54,660 nucleotides of DNA from Propionibacteriaceae bacterium (GTDB lineage Bacteria; Actinomycetota; Actinomycetes; Propionibacteriales; Propionibacteriaceae): the NCBI GenBank assembly GCA_009778725.1, contig WRFP01000001.1, positions 1-54,660 on the forward strand, given 5' to 3'. Positions 53,274-54,660 of this stretch are shown piece after piece. Within the stretch, counting starts at the first letter, position 1, and each line of letters opens with the position of its first letter. The notes under the pieces were generated by a model, which worked only from the letters and a program-made list of their open reading frames with translations, was not told the origin of the DNA and searched no databases. The position numbers were made by a program, and so were the translations under genes.

Positions 53274-54620
53274 TCACAGTGTCAAACGTTGTTTCACAAC
53301 CCGGGCCAGGCTCTCCGCCACCTCGCGGGCCCGTTCTTCGGTGTCCGCCTCGACCATCACTCTGACCAGGGGTTCTGTGCCCGAGGGACGCAACACCACT
53401 CGTCCGGCTCCCTTGAGTTCGGCCTCTGCGGCGGTGACCGCCTGGACGACTCCCTGGTCCAGATTCGCCCGAGTGCGATCCACTCCGGCCACGTTGATCA
53501 TCACCTGGGGCAGACGCTTCATGATGGAGGCCAGTTCCGCCAGGGACTTGCCCGTACGCACCAGTTGAGCGGCCACGTGCAGCCCGGTCAGCGTGCCATC
53601 GCCCGTACTGGCGAACTCGTTCATCACGACATGCCCCGACTGCTCGCCCCCCAGGGTGAAACCGTTGGCGTTCATCGACTCCACGACGTAGCGGTCCCCC
53701 ACCTTCGTCACATCCACGTGGATCCCGTGGGCCGCCATCGCCCTCAAGAAACCCAGATTGCTCATCACCGTGGCAACCACCGTGTCCTGATGGAGGCGTC
53801 CCGACTCCTTCATGGCCAGGGCGAGGATGGCCAGAATCTGGTCACCGTCCACCACCCGGCCGTTGGCGTCGACCGCGATGCACCGGTCGGCATCCCCGTC
53901 GAGCCCGATCCCCAGATCGGCCCCCGAGGAGATGACCTCAAGTTGGAGGGCCTCGATGTGCGTGGACCCACAATTGTCGTTGATATTGAGCCCGTCCGGC
54001 TTGTTGTGGATGGCCGTGACCGACGCGCCAGCCGTCATGAAAGCCTTCACAGCAGTACGGGACGCAGCACCGTTGGCCGGATCCACAACGACTTTCACGC
54101 CACTGAGAGGACGATCTGAGCCAAGCGACGCCACCAGGTGGTTGACGTAGCGGTCCACCAGTTCGGGATTGTTGCACACCCGCCCGACCTCGGCGCCGGT
54201 GGGACGAACCCAAGCCTGGCCCATCTCGGCCTCGATCAGGTCCTCGACGTCGTCGGGAAGTTTGATGCCTCCGTGAGCGAAGAACTTGATGCCGTTGTCG
54301 GGCATGGGATTGTGAGACGCGGACAGCATGACACCGAAGTCGACTCCAACCTCGGTCACCAGGAAAGCCAGGCCCGGAGTGGGAACGATACCCAGCCGGA
54401 TGACATCGACACCGGCACTGGCCAAACCAGCAACTACTGCGGCTTCGAGAAATTCTCCGGAGGCTCTGGGGTCGCGTCCGACGACTGCGCGTAGGCGGGT
54501 TCCTGGATCGGCCTCCGCTAAAACATGGGCTGCCGCAACTGACAAGGACAGGGCCAGTTCCGCGGTCAACTCCTCGTTGGCCCGGCCCCGTACCCCATCG
54601 GTGCCGAACAGGCGAGACAT
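53274..54620 (-). CDS. glmM: Phosphoglucosamine mutase
   Basis: [33 protein letters not shown] and GGEQSGH. Confidence 0.95.
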   Translation of the reverse strand: MSRLFGTDGVRGRANEELTAELALSLSVAAAHVLAEADPGTRLRAVVGRDPRASGEFLEAAVVAGLASAGVDVIRLGIVPTPGLAFLVTEVGVDFGVMLSASHNPMPDNGIKFFAHGGIKLPDDVEDLIEAEMGQAWVRPTGAEVGRVCNNPELVDRYVNHLVASLGSDRPLSGVKVVVDPANGAASRTAVKAFMTAGASVTAIHNKPDGLNINDNCGSTHIEALQLEVISSGADLGIGLDGDADRCIAVDANGRVVDGDQILAILALAMKESGRLHQDTVVATVMSNLGFLRAMAAHGIHVDVTKVGDRYVVESMNANGFTLGGEQSGHVVMNEFASTGDGTLTGLHVAAQLVRTGKSLAELASIMKRLPQVMINVAGVDRTRANLDQGVVQAVTAAEAELKGAGRVVLRPSGTEPLVRVMVEADTEERAREVAESLARVVKQRLTL

Positions 54621-54660
54621 CAGCGCTTCGAGTACTGCGGTGCTTTGCGGGCCTTCTTCA
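54620..54660 (-). CDS. rpsI: 30S ribosomal protein S9, 3' end only (partial at the window edge)
   Basis: The reverse complement reads ..[12 protein letters not shown]. Its TGA shares 1 nt with the glmM ATG. Confidence 0.8.
   Translation of the reverse strand, partial: KKARKAPQYSKR

Overview
High-GC actinobacterial chromosomal window with about 46 protein-coding genes. I recognised no rRNA, tRNA or CRISPR array. From left to right the window contains the following. (1) A decayed IS256-family transposase fragment whose truncation point is marked by a 30-bp palindrome. (2) A nine-gene, tightly coupled minus-strand operon (879-16997). It joins a 2,044-aa N-terminally anchored surface protein (cadherin/Ig-like modules plus FN3 domains) to a MoxR AAA+ / DUF58 / transglutaminase-like triad. 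It also carries a complete phospho-threonine signalling set: two zinc-ribbon FHA proteins, a PP2C phosphatase, a Ser/Thr kinase with a small FN3-like ectodomain, and a terminal FHA-like/LuxR-HTH protein. This is my best candidate for an uncharacterised system. (3) Housekeeping and small envelope genes: a PLDc_N membrane protein, a lipoprotein, a CPBP protease, SprT-like, aroQ, SIS protein, Trm112, phosphomannomutase. (4) A znuA-znuC-znuB-zur zinc-uptake operon with a recognisable Zur box and a His-rich tail on the permease. (5) A YhgE/DUF3533-like membrane protein, nnrD, glmS and coaA. (6) An antitoxin with a decayed RelE/ParE toxin, lying at a sharp GC drop. (7) A roughly 20-kb lower-GC cell-envelope glycan island with these components: a surface protein; two large orphan polytopic membrane proteins; an RmlD-like reductase; GT4/GT-B transferases; a FnlA/FnlC-type UDP-L-hexosamine pathway; a PpgS/DUF2304-like pair; a Wzx-like flippase; three GT2 enzymes, two of them tandem paralogs; and a Wzm/Wzt ABC exporter. 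(8) glmM and the 3' end of rpsI. All product calls rest on motifs read from the supplied translations. No database search or computation was run.
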